Shown: positions 41,008-51,261 of the stretch, piece by piece
How positions within the stretch are numbered: position 1 is the stretch's first letter
How the letters are laid out: each line of letters begins with the position of its first letter
Source: Comamonas sp.
GTDB lineage: Bacteria > Pseudomonadota > Gammaproteobacteria > Burkholderiales > Burkholderiaceae_C
Direction: 5' to 3'
Assembly (NCBI GenBank): GCA_047606565.1
Contig: JASGEH010000069.1
Coordinates: 23,188-87,187, forward strand
DNA length: 64,000 nt
Notes under the pieces: model-generated
Told to the model about the DNA's origin: nothing
Database searches by the model: none
The model's input: only the letters and a program-made list of their open reading frames with translations
Made by a program: the position numbers and the translations under genes

Positions 41008-41032
41008 AATAGAATGATTCGCAATTGAATTC
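41008..41032 (+). promoter_or_regulatory. Candidate Fur box upstream of the TonB-dependent receptor
   Basis: AATAGAATGATTCGCAATTGAATTC is composed of NAT(A/T)AT-like hexamers and resembles GATAATGATAATCATTATC. It lies 50-74 nt upstream of the receptor ATG. Confidence 0.5.
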
Positions 41033-41081
41033 ACTCACCGGGCGGCACAGGCGGTCGCTCTTTTTTCGTCCGCGCTCACCG

Positions 41082-43217
41082 ATGTCCATGACTTTCCCGT
41101 CCCGCCGCGCCCCAGCCCACCACGTCTTCCGCCTGACCCTGCTCTCCAGCGCCTGGCTGGCCGCCGCCGCCTCGGCGCAGCAGACCGCCACCGCCGAACT
41201 GCCGGCCGTGACCGTGCAAGGCGCCGCCGAGTCCGAAGCCGAGGGCTACCAGCCCAAGCGCAACAGCTCGGCCCTGCGCGGTGACGCGCCGCTTCTGGAG
41301 ATTCCGCAGGCCGTCAACATCGTCACGCAGGACGTGCTGCGCGACCAGGGCGCGCGCTCGCTCGACGACGCGCTGCAGAACGTCAGCGGCATCACCCAGA
41401 CCAACACCCTGGGCGGCACGCAGGACGCCTTCATCCGGCGCGGCTTCGGCGACAACCGCGACGGCGGCATCCTGACCAACGGCCTCAAGACCGTGCTGCC
41501 GCGCAGTTTCAATGCCACCACCGAGCGCGTCGAGGTGCTCAAGGGCCCGGCCTCCACGCTCTACGGCATCCTGGACCCGGGCGGCGCCATCAACGTCATC
41601 ACCAAGAAGCCGCAGCGCCAGTTCGGCGGCGAGGCCTCGGTGTCGGCGTCGAGCTTCGGCGGCGGCAGCAGCACGCTGGATGTGACCGGCCCGATCGCCG
41701 ATGGCCGGCTGGCCTACCGGCTGGTGGGCAGCTACCAGAACACCGACTACTGGCGCAACTTCGGCAAGACCCGGCAGTGGCTGCTGGCGCCGTCGCTGAG
41801 CTGGCTCGGCGACGACACCGTCGTCACCGTCTCCTACATGCACCAGGACTACAGCGTGCCCTTCGACCGCGGCACCATCTGGGACGCCAGCGGCCCGATT
41901 CCGCTGTCGCGCCGCACCCGGCTCGACGAGCCCTTCAACGTCACCCAGGGCAGCAGCGACCTGGCCTCGCTCAGCGTCACGCGCGCACTGGCCGACGACT
42001 GGCGCCTGAGCTTGGACTACAGCTACAGCCGCGACCAGTACACCGACAACCAGGCCCGCGTGCTGGGCTACGACGCGGCCACCGGCAACGTGACGCGGCG
42101 CGTGGACGCCACCCAGGGCTCGGACACCCGCAACCATGCGCTTCGTCTGGACCTGGCCGGCTCGGCCACGCTCGCGGGCATGAAGCACGACCTGCTGTTC
42201 GGCGCCCAGTACGACGATCAGGACCTGCTGCGCAGCGACATGATCCGCTGCACGGCGGCCGTCAGCTTCAACATCTACAGCCCCACCTACGGCACGGTCT
42301 CGCCCTGCACCACGGTACGCGCGACCGACAGCGACCAGCGCGAGCGGCTGCGCTCGCCTTCGGTCTACGTGCAAGACGCGCTGCACCTCAACGAGCGCTG
42401 GATCGTGGTGGCCGGCCTGCGCTACCAGTATTACGACCAGACCTCCGGGCGCGGCCGCCCCTTCGTGCTCAACACCGACACCAGCGGCGGCAAGTTCGTG
42501 CCGCGCCTGGGCGCGGTCTACAAGGTCAGCCCGAGCACCTCGCTGTACGCCAACGCCGCGCGCACCTTCCGGCCGCAGTCGTCCTTCTCCAGCTACTTCG
42601 GCGACCTCACGCCCGAGGAAGGCACCACCTACGAAGTCGGCGCCAAGTGGGAAACCCCGGCCGGCCTGAGCGCCAACCTCGCGCTCTACACCACCGACAA
42701 GAAGAACGTCAGCTACTTCGAGACCGTCGATAACGTGGTGGTCACCCGCACCGCCGGCCTGGTGCGCGCGCGCGGCCTCGAATTCGACGTCGCCGGCCGG
42801 CTGACGCCGCGCCTGAGCCTGATCGCCAGCTACGCCTACACCGACGCCCGCGTCAAGAAAGACCCGGACTACGCCGGCCTGCGCCCGGTCAACATCGCGC
42901 GCCACACCGCCTCGCTGTTCGCCACCTACGACTTCGGCGTGCATGCCGGCGGCAACCGCTTCAAGGCCGGCGCCGGCCTGCGCACCGCCAGCAAGCGCGC
43001 CGGCATCAACGACAATTCCTACTTCCTGCCCGGCTATGCGGTCGCCGACGCCTTCGCGGCCTACACCATCGCCGCCAAGCACCCGGTCACGCTGCAGCTC
43101 AACCTGCGCAACCTGTTCGACCGCACCTACTTCACCTCCTCGCTGGGCGCCAGCCGCTACGGCAACGTCTATGGCGAACCCTTCAATGCCACGCTCACGG
43201 CCAGCGTCAAGTTCTGA
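41082..43217 (+). CDS. TonB-dependent siderophore receptor
   Basis: Start chosen at 41082 (MSMTFPSRR…signal peptide…AAASAQQ). It has a TonB-box/plug region (ELPAVTVQG…, …RVEVLKGPASTLYG…) and a C-terminal aromatic residue (…SVKF). Confidence 0.9.
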   Translation: MSMTFPSRRAPAHHVFRLTLLSSAWLAAAASAQQTATAELPAVTVQGAAESEAEGYQPKRNSSALRGDAPLLEIPQAVNIVTQDVLRDQGARSLDDALQNVSGITQTNTLGGTQDAFIRRGFGDNRDGGILTNGLKTVLPRSFNATTERVEVLKGPASTLYGILDPGGAINVITKKPQRQFGGEASVSASSFGGGSSTLDVTGPIADGRLAYRLVGSYQNTDYWRNFGKTRQWLLAPSLSWLGDDTVVTVSYMHQDYSVPFDRGTIWDASGPIPLSRRTRLDEPFNVTQGSSDLASLSVTRALADDWRLSLDYSYSRDQYTDNQARVLGYDAATGNVTRRVDATQGSDTRNHALRLDLAGSATLAGMKHDLLFGAQYDDQDLLRSDMIRCTAAVSFNIYSPTYGTVSPCTTVRATDSDQRERLRSPSVYVQDALHLNERWIVVAGLRYQYYDQTSGRGRPFVLNTDTSGGKFVPRLGAVYKVSPSTSLYANAARTFRPQSSFSSYFGDLTPEEGTTYEVGAKWETPAGLSANLALYTTDKKNVSYFETVDNVVVTRTAGLVRARGLEFDVAGRLTPRLSLIASYAYTDARVKKDPDYAGLRPVNIARHTASLFATYDFGVHAGGNRFKAGAGLRTASKRAGINDNSYFLPGYAVADAFAAYTIAAKHPVTLQLNLRNLFDRTYFTSSLGASRYGNVYGEPFNATLTASVKF

Positions 43218-44121
43218 ACCCCCGCCCGCCTCGCCTTGCGCACCTGAAGCATCTGCCGCCCCTGCGGCACCCGCCGCACCTACCGCAGATCCCGCGCCCC
43301 TGGTCGCGCGCGGCCTGCAAGCCGGCTACGGCGAGCGCGCCGTGGTCGACGCCGCCAGCCTGGCCTTCGCCCCGGCCAGCCTGAGCGTGCTGCTGGGGCC
43401 CAACGGCTCGGGCAAGTCCACCCTGCTGGGCGCGCTGGCGCGGCAACTGCCCGCGCGCGGCGGCGCCGTGCTGCTGCACGGGCGCGACATCCACAACCTG
43501 CCGGCGCGCGCGCTGGCGCGGCAGTTGGGCCTGCTGCCGCAGGCGCCGCTGCTGCCCGAGAGCATGACCGTGCTCGACCTGGTGTCCTTCGGCCGCCACC
43601 CCCACCAGGGCTGGCTGCGCCAGTGGAGCGAGGCCGACAGCGCCGCCGTCGAACACGCCATGCGCCTGACCGGCACGCTGGACTACGCCGCGCGCGCCGT
43701 CGACAGCCTTTCGGGCGGCCAGCGCCAGCGCTGCTGGATCGCCATGGCGCTGGCGCAGCAGACCGACGTGATCCTGCTCGACGAGCCCACCACCTACCTC
43801 GACCTGCGCTACCAGGTCGAGGTCATGGACCTGCTGCACGCGCTGGCCCACGAGCACGGCCGCACCCTGGTGGCGGTGCTGCACGACCTGAACTTCGCCA
43901 TGGCCTACGCCGACCAGCTGGTGCTGCTCAAGGACGGCCGCGTGCGCGCCTGCCTCGACGACGTCGCTGCCTGCACGCCCGAGCTGGTGCAGGACGTGTT
44001 CGAGGTCAAAGTCGCCGCCCTGCCCGGCCTGCACGGCGGACGGCCGCTGTTCGTGCCGCGCGGCCACCTGCGGCGACCCGGCCCCGATGAGCACGTCGAT
44101 GCGCCCCACCGCCATGGCTGA
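43186..44121 (+). CDS. Iron-siderophore ABC transporter ATP-binding protein (FecE/FepC-like); start uncertain
   Basis: Walker A (GPNGSGKST), ABC signature (LSGGQRQR) and Walker B (ILLDEPT). No ATG or GTG lies between the receptor stop and the conserved core, so the start is either ATG 43186 (overlapping the receptor) or a rarer codon. Confidence 0.8.
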   Translation: MPRSRPASSSEPPPASPCAPEASAAPAAPAAPTADPAPLVARGLQAGYGERAVVDAASLAFAPASLSVLLGPNGSGKSTLLGALARQLPARGGAVLLHGRDIHNLPARALARQLGLLPQAPLLPESMTVLDLVSFGRHPHQGWLRQWSEADSAAVEHAMRLTGTLDYAARAVDSLSGGQRQRCWIAMALAQQTDVILLDEPTTYLDLRYQVEVMDLLHALAHEHGRTLVAVLHDLNFAMAYADQLVLLKDGRVRACLDDVAACTPELVQDVFEVKVAALPGLHGGRPLFVPRGHLRRPGPDEHVDAPHRHG

Positions 44122-45175
44122 TCCCCGTCCCTCGGCGGCGCCCGCCCGGGCGCGCCCCGGCATCCGCCCGCGCGCCAGCCGGCGCTGGGCCTGGGTACTC
44201 GTGGGGCTGGCCGCGCTGCTGGCCGTCCTGGCCCTGCTGCACCTGGGCGTGGGCGCGCGCGCCATCGCGCTGGCCGACGTCGCCCGCGCCCTGGTCGCGC
44301 CCGACCCCGACAACTTCGACCACCACGTGGTGCTGCGCCTGCGGCTGCCGCGCCTGCTCGGCGCACTGTGCGCCGGCGCCGCGCTGGGCCTGGCCGGGGC
44401 GCTGATCCAGGCGATCACGCGCAACCCGCTGGGCGAGCCGCAACTGCTCGGCCTGAACGCGGGCGCCGCCTTCGCCGTGGTGCTGTCGACCACGCTGTCG
44501 CTGCCGCTGCTGTCGCAGCCGGCCGCGCGCCCCTTCGTGGCCGCTGGCGGCGGCGCGCTGCTGTTCCTGGCCGTTCTGCTGCTGGCGCAGGCCGGGCGGC
44601 GCGGCATGACGGTGCTCAAACTCACCTTCTGCGGCATCGCGCTGTCGGCCTTCGTGTCGGCGCTGACCTCGGCGCTGCTGATCCTCGACGAAGACTCGCT
44701 GCAGGCGCTGCGCCTGTGGCTGGCCGGCGACCTGGCCGAGGCCGGCGCCCGGAGCGTCGCGCAGGCCGCGCCGGCGGCGCTGCTGGGGCTGCTGGCGGCC
44801 GGGGCAGTGGCGCGCCACGTCGATGCGCTGGCGCTGGGCGACCGCGTGGCCGCCAGCCTGGGCACGCCAGTGGCGCGCACCCGGCTGGCCGGGCTGGCCG
44901 CCGCCGCGCTGCTGTGCGGCGCGGCCGTCTCCATCGCCGGGCCGCTGGGCTTTATCGGCCTGGTGGCGCCGCACATGGCGCGCCGGCTGTGTGGCGCTTC
45001 GCGGCGCGGCACGCTGGCGGTTTCCGCACTGGCCGGCGCCGCGCTGGTGCTGGCCGCCGACATCGCCGCGCGCACCGTGCTGGCCCCGCGCGAGCTGGCC
45101 ACCGGCGTGGTCACCGCCGCCATCGGCGTGCCGGTGTTCCTGTTCCTCGTCCTGCGCCGGCGGTCTTCCCCATGA
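44087..45175 (+). CDS. FecCD-family iron-siderophore ABC permease
   Basis: 362 aa, polytopic, with …RLPRLLGALCAGAALGLAGALIQAITRNPLGEPQLLGLNAGAAF… typical of the FecCD family. Confidence 0.85.
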   Translation: MSTSMRPTAMADPRPSAAPARARPGIRPRASRRWAWVLVGLAALLAVLALLHLGVGARAIALADVARALVAPDPDNFDHHVVLRLRLPRLLGALCAGAALGLAGALIQAITRNPLGEPQLLGLNAGAAFAVVLSTTLSLPLLSQPAARPFVAAGGGALLFLAVLLLAQAGRRGMTVLKLTFCGIALSAFVSALTSALLILDEDSLQALRLWLAGDLAEAGARSVAQAAPAALLGLLAAGAVARHVDALALGDRVAASLGTPVARTRLAGLAAAALLCGAAVSIAGPLGFIGLVAPHMARRLCGASRRGTLAVSALAGAALVLAADIAARTVLAPRELATGVVTAAIGVPVFLFLVLRRRSSP

Positions 45176-46302
45176 GCGATCTGCTGCACCGCAACGGCCG
45201 CCGCCTGGCGCGGCTCGGCCACTGGCAGTTCGTGCTGCGCCCGCGCCTGGCGGCGCTGTGGGCAGTTGGCGTGCTGGCGCTCGCGCTGCTGGCGGCGGCC
45301 GTGCTGCCGCTCGGGCCCTTCGAGACCCTGGCGGGCGGCGGGACGGCGGCCAGCGCACCGGCCTCCACGGCCGCCCCGGCGACCTCTGCGGCGGATGCCG
45401 CCACCGGCCCGGCCGTCCACGGCGAGGCCGAGACCGAAGCCGAAACCCTGGCCGAATTGCGCCACATGATCTGGCGCGACTTCCGACTGCCGCGCATCCT
45501 CGCGGCATTGCTGGTCGGCGCCATGCTGGGCCTGGCCGGCGCGGCGCTGCAGACGCTGGCGCGCAACGAGCTGGCCGATCCGGGCCTGGTCGGCGTCAAG
45601 GAAGGCGCGGCCGTGGCGGTGATCGCGGTGGCCTTGCTGGCGCCGCAACTGGCCTCGGGCTGGCGCACGGCGGCCGGGCTGGCCGGCGGGCTGGCGGTGG
45701 CGCTGCTGGTGGCGGCGCTCTCGCGCGACCTGACCCGGGTGCGCTTCATCCTGGTGGGCATCGGCGTGTCGTGGCTGCTGCACGCGGCCATCGCCATCTT
45801 CACCACCACCGCCGACCTGCAGGACGTGCAGACCGCGCTGATCTGGATGGCCGGCAGCCTGCACGCCGCCTCCTGGCCGACGCTGGCGGCGACCGCGCCG
45901 TGGGCGGCCGTGGGGCTGCTCCTGCTGCTGGCCAGCAGCCGCGCGGCCGACGTCGCCAGCCTGGGCCCGGGCGTGGCCGCCGGCCTCGGCGTGAACCTGC
46001 GCCGCCTGCACGCGCTGCGCCTGCTGGCGGCCTGCCTGCTGACGGCCGCCGCCGTGGCGGCGGTGGGCAGCCTGGGCTTCGTCGGGCTGGTCGCGCCGCA
46101 CCTCTCGCGCCTGAGCCTGGGCGGGCGCCAGCTCGCGCTGCTGGCCGGCAGCGGCCTGTACGGCGCGGCGCTGGTGCTGGCGGCCGACAGCATTGGCCGG
46201 CTGGCCTTCGCACCGCTGCAGATCCCGGCCGGCATCGTCATGGCGATCATCGGCGTGCCAGTGCTGTTGGCGCTGCTGTGGCGGCGCCGCGACCAACTCT
46301 GA
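45172..46302 (+). CDS. FecCD-family iron-siderophore ABC permease (second subunit)
   Basis: ATGA overlap. …RLPRILAALLVGAMLGLAGAALQTLARNELADPGLVGVKEGAA… matches FecCD. An unusual Ala/Thr-rich insert follows the first TM segment. Confidence 0.85.
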   Translation: MSDLLHRNGRRLARLGHWQFVLRPRLAALWAVGVLALALLAAAVLPLGPFETLAGGGTAASAPASTAAPATSAADAATGPAVHGEAETEAETLAELRHMIWRDFRLPRILAALLVGAMLGLAGAALQTLARNELADPGLVGVKEGAAVAVIAVALLAPQLASGWRTAAGLAGGLAVALLVAALSRDLTRVRFILVGIGVSWLLHAAIAIFTTTADLQDVQTALIWMAGSLHAASWPTLAATAPWAAVGLLLLLASSRAADVASLGPGVAAGLGVNLRRLHALRLLAACLLTAAAVAAVGSLGFVGLVAPHLSRLSLGGRQLALLAGSGLYGAALVLAADSIGRLAFAPLQIPAGIVMAIIGVPVLLALLWRRRDQL

Positions 46303-46321
46303 TTTCACGAACATCCCAACC

Positions 46322-47344
46322 ATGCGCCCATCCGGACTCCCGACTTCTCCCGCCTGGCGGACTGCGCTGGCGGCCCTGGTCTGCCTGGCATCTCTGGTCA
46401 CGACGCTGCTGCTGGCGCTGCCCACGCCGGCGCAGGCCCGCCCCTTCGTCGACGACCTGGGCCGCCAGGTCGAGGTACCGCAGGCTCCCCGGCGCATCGT
46501 CTCGCTCGACGACATCGACGTCACCATCCCGCTGATCGAGCTGGGCGTCCTGCCGGTCGCCAGCCACGGCCGCCAGGGCCTGGACGGGCGCCGCTACCTA
46601 CGCGCCAGCGCCTTGCTCACCGGGGTGGACTTCGACAACGCGCCGATCGCCTTCCTCGGCGCCGCCGACATCAACATCGAGTCCGTCGCCGCCGCCCGGC
46701 CCGACCTCATCGTCACCGCCCCGGGCCGCGCGCTGCCGCTCGACCAGCTCAGCCGCATCGCCCCCACGGTGGTGATCGACAACCAGAGCGGCGGCGCGCC
46801 GCACATCTACCGCCGGCTGGCCGAGCTCACCGGCACGCAGGCGCGGCTGGCGGTGCTGGAGCGCCGCTACCGCGCGCAACTGGCGCAGTTGCGCCAGGTG
46901 GTGGGTGATCCGGCGCGCATCACGGTCTCCGTCATCCAGGCACAAAACGGCAAGATCGCCGTCTACCACACCTACCGCTCGCTCGGCCGCGTGCTGCGCG
47001 ACGCGGGCTTCCGCTTCCCGGCCCTGGTGGATGCCGTGCCCGAGGGCGGCCGCATGGAAGTCAGCGCCGAGCGCCTGCCCGAGCTGGACGCCGACTTCCT
47101 GTTCGACACCTACCGCTCCGACACCGGCGGCAAGCCCGGCGCCGAGATCGCGGCGATGGAAAAAGTCATGCCCGAGTACTGCCGCTTCCTGCGGGCCTGC
47201 CGCGAGGGCCGCTACGTGCTGGTCGCGCGCGAGGAGGCCATCTCCAACTCCTACGCCGCGCTGGGCCTGATGGCCATGCTGGTGCAGTCGCACCTCAGCG
47301 GCCGGCCGCTGCCCCGGGCGGCGCAGAAGCCGGCCGCGCGGTAG
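46322..47344 (+). CDS. Periplasmic iron-siderophore substrate-binding protein
   Basis: Start at 46322 with a signal peptide (…LLALPTPAQA). …RIVSLDDIDVTIPLIELGVLPVA… is typical of class III substrate-binding proteins. Confidence 0.75.
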   Translation: MRPSGLPTSPAWRTALAALVCLASLVTTLLLALPTPAQARPFVDDLGRQVEVPQAPRRIVSLDDIDVTIPLIELGVLPVASHGRQGLDGRRYLRASALLTGVDFDNAPIAFLGAADINIESVAAARPDLIVTAPGRALPLDQLSRIAPTVVIDNQSGGAPHIYRRLAELTGTQARLAVLERRYRAQLAQLRQVVGDPARITVSVIQAQNGKIAVYHTYRSLGRVLRDAGFRFPALVDAVPEGGRMEVSAERLPELDADFLFDTYRSDTGGKPGAEIAAMEKVMPEYCRFLRACREGRYVLVAREEAISNSYAALGLMAMLVQSHLSGRPLPRAAQKPAAR

Positions 47345-47451
47345 ATCGCACGGCGGCCAGCGCCGCAACCGGCGCGCGGGCTATCATCGCGGCCCACCCG
47401 GCCTGAGAATGTGAGCGGCCAGGGCCACGCTCGACAACCCGGGATCGCCCC

Positions 47452-48351
47452 ATGGACAGCCAGAACCCGCGCGACGCCGCGCGTCCATCCCCCCGCCGCC
47501 CCGACCGTTTCACCCAGCGACTAGAAGCACGCCGCGCCGTCCTGTCGCCACGCATGCGCGCGGTCGCCGACTACATCGACCACAACCGCGCCATGGTGCT
47601 GTCGCGCTCGGCCATCGACCTCGCGCACGACACCGGCGTCTCGGATGCCACCGTCATCCGCACCGTCCAGGCGCTGGGCTTCAACGGGCTGATCGACCTC
47701 AAGCAGATGCTGGCCGGCCTGCTCGGCCAGTCCAGCACCACCGTCTCCAAGCTCTCGGCCACGCTCGACCAGCTCGGCCCCGGCAGCGCCAGCGTGATCG
47801 ACCACGTGCTGCAGGAGCACAGCCACGCCCAGCAGGCCTTGGCCCAGCCCGAGGCGCGCGCGGCCATCGGCCGGGCCATCGCCATCCTGGGCGCGGCGCG
47901 CCGCATCGCCGTCTTCGGCATCGGCGCCTCGGGCATCCTGGCGAGCTACGCGGCGCGGCTGTTCGCGCGCCACGGCGTGCCCGCCTATGCCCTCAACCAG
48001 ACCGGCATCGGCCTGGCCGAACAACTGCTCGACATGGCCGAGGGCGACGCCATGATCGTGCTGCTGGCGCGCAACACCCACCGCGAAATCCAGGCCGCCA
48101 TGGAAGAAGCCGGCCGCCTGGGCGTGCCGGTGGTGCTCATCACCAGCCACCGCCAGCACAGCCTGGCGGCAGCCTGCGCGCAAGTCATCGTGCTGCCGCG
48201 CGCCCGCGCCGAAAGCATCCCGCTGCACGGCCCCACGCTGTCGTGCCTGGAGATGCTGATGCTCGGCGTCACCCTGGCCGACCCGGCGCGCTCGGTCGAT
48301 TCGATGAACCGCCTGATCCGCCTGCGCAAGACGATACGGCCGGCGAAGTGA
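47452..48351 (+). CDS. MurR/RpiR-family transcriptional regulator (HTH plus SIS domain)
   Basis: …VADYIDHNRAMVLSRSAIDLAHDTGVSDATVIRTVQALGFNGL… is the RpiR HTH, followed by a SIS-like …IAVFGIGASGILASYAA… segment. Confidence 0.8.
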   Translation: MDSQNPRDAARPSPRRPDRFTQRLEARRAVLSPRMRAVADYIDHNRAMVLSRSAIDLAHDTGVSDATVIRTVQALGFNGLIDLKQMLAGLLGQSSTTVSKLSATLDQLGPGSASVIDHVLQEHSHAQQALAQPEARAAIGRAIAILGAARRIAVFGIGASGILASYAARLFARHGVPAYALNQTGIGLAEQLLDMAEGDAMIVLLARNTHREIQAAMEEAGRLGVPVVLITSHRQHSLAAACAQVIVLPRARAESIPLHGPTLSCLEMLMLGVTLADPARSVDSMNRLIRLRKTIRPAK

Positions 48352-48359
48352 GAACGCGT

Positions 48360-48650
48360 TCAGTGACGCGCAGCCACCCACTCGCGCAGCGCGGCGTCGA
48401 TGCGGGTTTGCCAGCCCGCGCCGCTGGCCTTGAAGTGCTCCAGCACGTCGGGCGACAGGCGGATGGTGACAGGCTGCTTGGGCTGCGCGATGGCCGGGCG
48501 GCCCACGCGGCGCAGGGGCTGCATGCGCGCGGCCTCGCGGGCCGTGATCTCCTGGGTGTCCGGGTCGGTGGCGATGCCGGCCTCGATGGCGGCCTCTTCC
48601 TCCGGGGTCGGGAGGATCAGATCCGGCTTCTTAGAAGAGCGCTTGTTCAT
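48360..48650 (-). CDS. brnA: BrnA-type antitoxin (ribbon-helix-helix)
   Basis: Start at 48650 (MNKRSSKKPDLILPTPEEEAAIEAGIA…). The C-terminal …VTIRLSPDVLEHFKASGAGWQTRIDAALREWV… is typical of BrnA. Confidence 0.7.
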   Translation of the reverse strand: MNKRSSKKPDLILPTPEEEAAIEAGIATDPDTQEITAREAARMQPLRRVGRPAIAQPKQPVTIRLSPDVLEHFKASGAGWQTRIDAALREWVAARH

Positions 48651-48902
48651 AGACTTTGACCTCTCGTGTGTTGGCCTTGCGCAGGCTGATGATGCGCATG
48701 GCCTCTGCGCGCTGGCTGAACACCACGACATACAGCCGCCGCCCAATGACCGCGAGCCGATTTCGCGCAGCTCGCGGTAGTCCTGGCGGGTGTCGGGGTA
48801 GCACAGGACTTCGCTCCATTCGATGTCTTGGGCCAAGGCCAGAGAGACACCATGCTTGGCGACGTTCACGTCATCCTTGGCCGGGTCGAATTCGATGAGC
48901 AT
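48631..48902 (-). pseudogene. brnT: BrnT-type toxin (DUF497) interrupted by a frameshift
   Basis: The N-terminal half MLIEFDPAKDDVNVAKHGVSLALAQDIEW…DYRELRE is in one frame. The C-terminal half …LAVIGRRLYVVVFSQRAEAMRIISLRKANTREVKVYE is in another. The junction lies near 48760-48770. Confidence 0.6.
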
Positions 48903-48903
48903 A

Positions 48904-48925
48904 AATTAATGTACGTACACTAATT
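48904..48925. promoter_or_regulatory. 22-bp near-perfect palindrome upstream of brnT (candidate TA operator)
   Basis: AATTAATGTAC|GTACACTAATT has 10 of 11 positions symmetric. It begins 2 nt upstream of the brnT start codon, in an AT-rich patch. Confidence 0.45.
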
Positions 48926-49099
48926 AAGCGTGTCAAGCCCTGCGCGAACAGGGGCGGCCTGCCCAGAAAATAGGCAGAACAAACCTTTTCCTTCTGAATC
49001 AAAGGCTTGCGACAGCCCTACAGAGCCGGCCCCGGCTTATCCACAGTCTTGTCCCCGTCGGCTGGGGAGAAGGCGCTCGGCGCCCCGTTTCGCCCCGGC

Positions 49100-49847
<748 letters not shown>

Positions 49848-49855
<8 letters not shown>

Positions 49856-51104
49856 AGCGCAGCGCCTCGGCGGGGTTGACGCGGCTGGCGCGCCAGCTCG
49901 GATACAGCGTGGCCAGGAAGGCCAGCACCAGCGAGATGACCGCGATGGGCCAGATGTCGGCGGCCTGCGGATCGCTGGGCATGCGGCTGATGAGGTAGAC
50001 GTCGCGCGGCAGGAAGGTGGTGTGCAGCAGCCGCTCGATGGCCGGCACGATGACGTCGATGTTGAAGGCGATCAGCAGCCCCAGGCCCAGGCCGGCCAGG
50101 GTGCCGATCACGCCCACCATGGCGCCCTGCACCACGAACACGCCCATGATGCTGCGCGGGCTGGCGCCCAGGGTGCGCAGGATGGCGATGTCGCTGCGCT
50201 TGTCGGTCACCGTCATGACCAGCGTGGAGACCAGGTTGAAGGCGGCCACCGCCACGATCAGCGTGAGGATGATGAACATCATGCGTTTTTCGAGCTGCAC
50301 GGCGGAGAACCAGGTCTTGTTCTGCTGCGTCCAGTCGCGCAGGTAGAGGTCGCCGGTGAGGGTGCGCGCGAGCTGCCGCGTGACCTCGGGCGCGTCGTGC
50401 AGGTCGCGCAGCTTCAAGCGCACGCCGGTGGGCGCCTCCAGGCGGAAGATGCGCTGCGCGTCCTCGATGTCGATCATCGCCAGCGTCGAGTCGTACTCGT
50501 AATGGCCCGAGTTGAACAGGCCCACCACCTTCATCTGCTTCAAGCGCGGCACCACGCCGGCCGGGGTCACCTGGCCGCTGGGCGAGACCAGCGTGACGGT
50601 ATCGCCCTCGACCACGCCCAGTTGCGCGGCCAGGTCCGCCCCCAGCACGATGCCGAAGCCGCCCGGCACCAGCCGGTCGAGCACGTGCTGCGCGGCGGCC
50701 GAGCCCAGGTCGATCACCTCGGGCTCGCGCGCCGGGTCAATGCCGCGCACGATGGCACCCTTCATATCCTCGCCGCGCGCCACCAGCGCCTGGCTGGCGA
50801 CGAAGGGCGCGGCGCCGATCACCTCGGGGTTGGTGCGCGCTTCCTGGATGGTCTTGTTCACATCGGGCAGGGCCAAGCCCGGCGGCGCGAAGATCTCGAT
50901 GTGCGAGACCACGCTGAGCATGCGGTCGCGCACCTCCTTCTGGAAGCCGTTCATGACCGACAGCACGATGATGAGCGCCGCCACCCCGAGCGCGATGCCC
51001 AGCATGGACACGCCCGAGATGAAGGAGATGAAGCCATTGCGGCTGCTGGCGCGGCCGGCGCGCGTGTAGCGCCAGCCCAATCGGAGTTCGTAAGGTAATT
51101 CCAC
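49848..51104 (-). CDS. LolC/LolE-family lipoprotein-releasing system permease
   Basis: GTG start at 51104 ([41 protein letters not shown]…). 418 aa with an FtsX-type C-terminus. The longer ORF upstream is Arg/Ala-rich shadow. Confidence 0.85.
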
Positions 51105-51261
51105 GCGGGCGATTGTGGCATGGTGGCGCGGCGCGCTCGCCCGCCGCGCTGTCAGCCTGCAGCGCATGCTGATGGCACCGCCGGATCGCTCCGCCCCCCA
51201 CGCCGCGCCCTTGGCGCCGCGTGGGCCGGGGCCAATCGGCGATCGCCGACAATCGGGCCCC

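Noticed and set aside
41061-41078. Alternative prophage right end. The reverse complement TGAGCGCGGACGAAAAAA resembles the left terminus TGAAGCGCGGCGCGATATTT, and the sequence ends in CA just 3 nt before the receptor ATG.
   Set aside because: There is no matching direct repeat at the flanks (CTACA versus CCGAT). It lies downstream of the Fur-box-like promoter element that belongs with the receptor gene. The 40993 end has the repeated GGTTTATCTC motifs and a perfect ACTACA duplication.
48360-48902. The 180-aa ORF read as a genuine BrnT-BrnA fusion protein.
   Set aside because: The middle section (…GSRSLGGGCMSWCSASAQRPCASSACARPTHERSKS…) is out-of-frame read-through. The conserved BrnT C-terminal half is present in a different frame, so a frameshifted toxin plus a separate antitoxin explains the data better.
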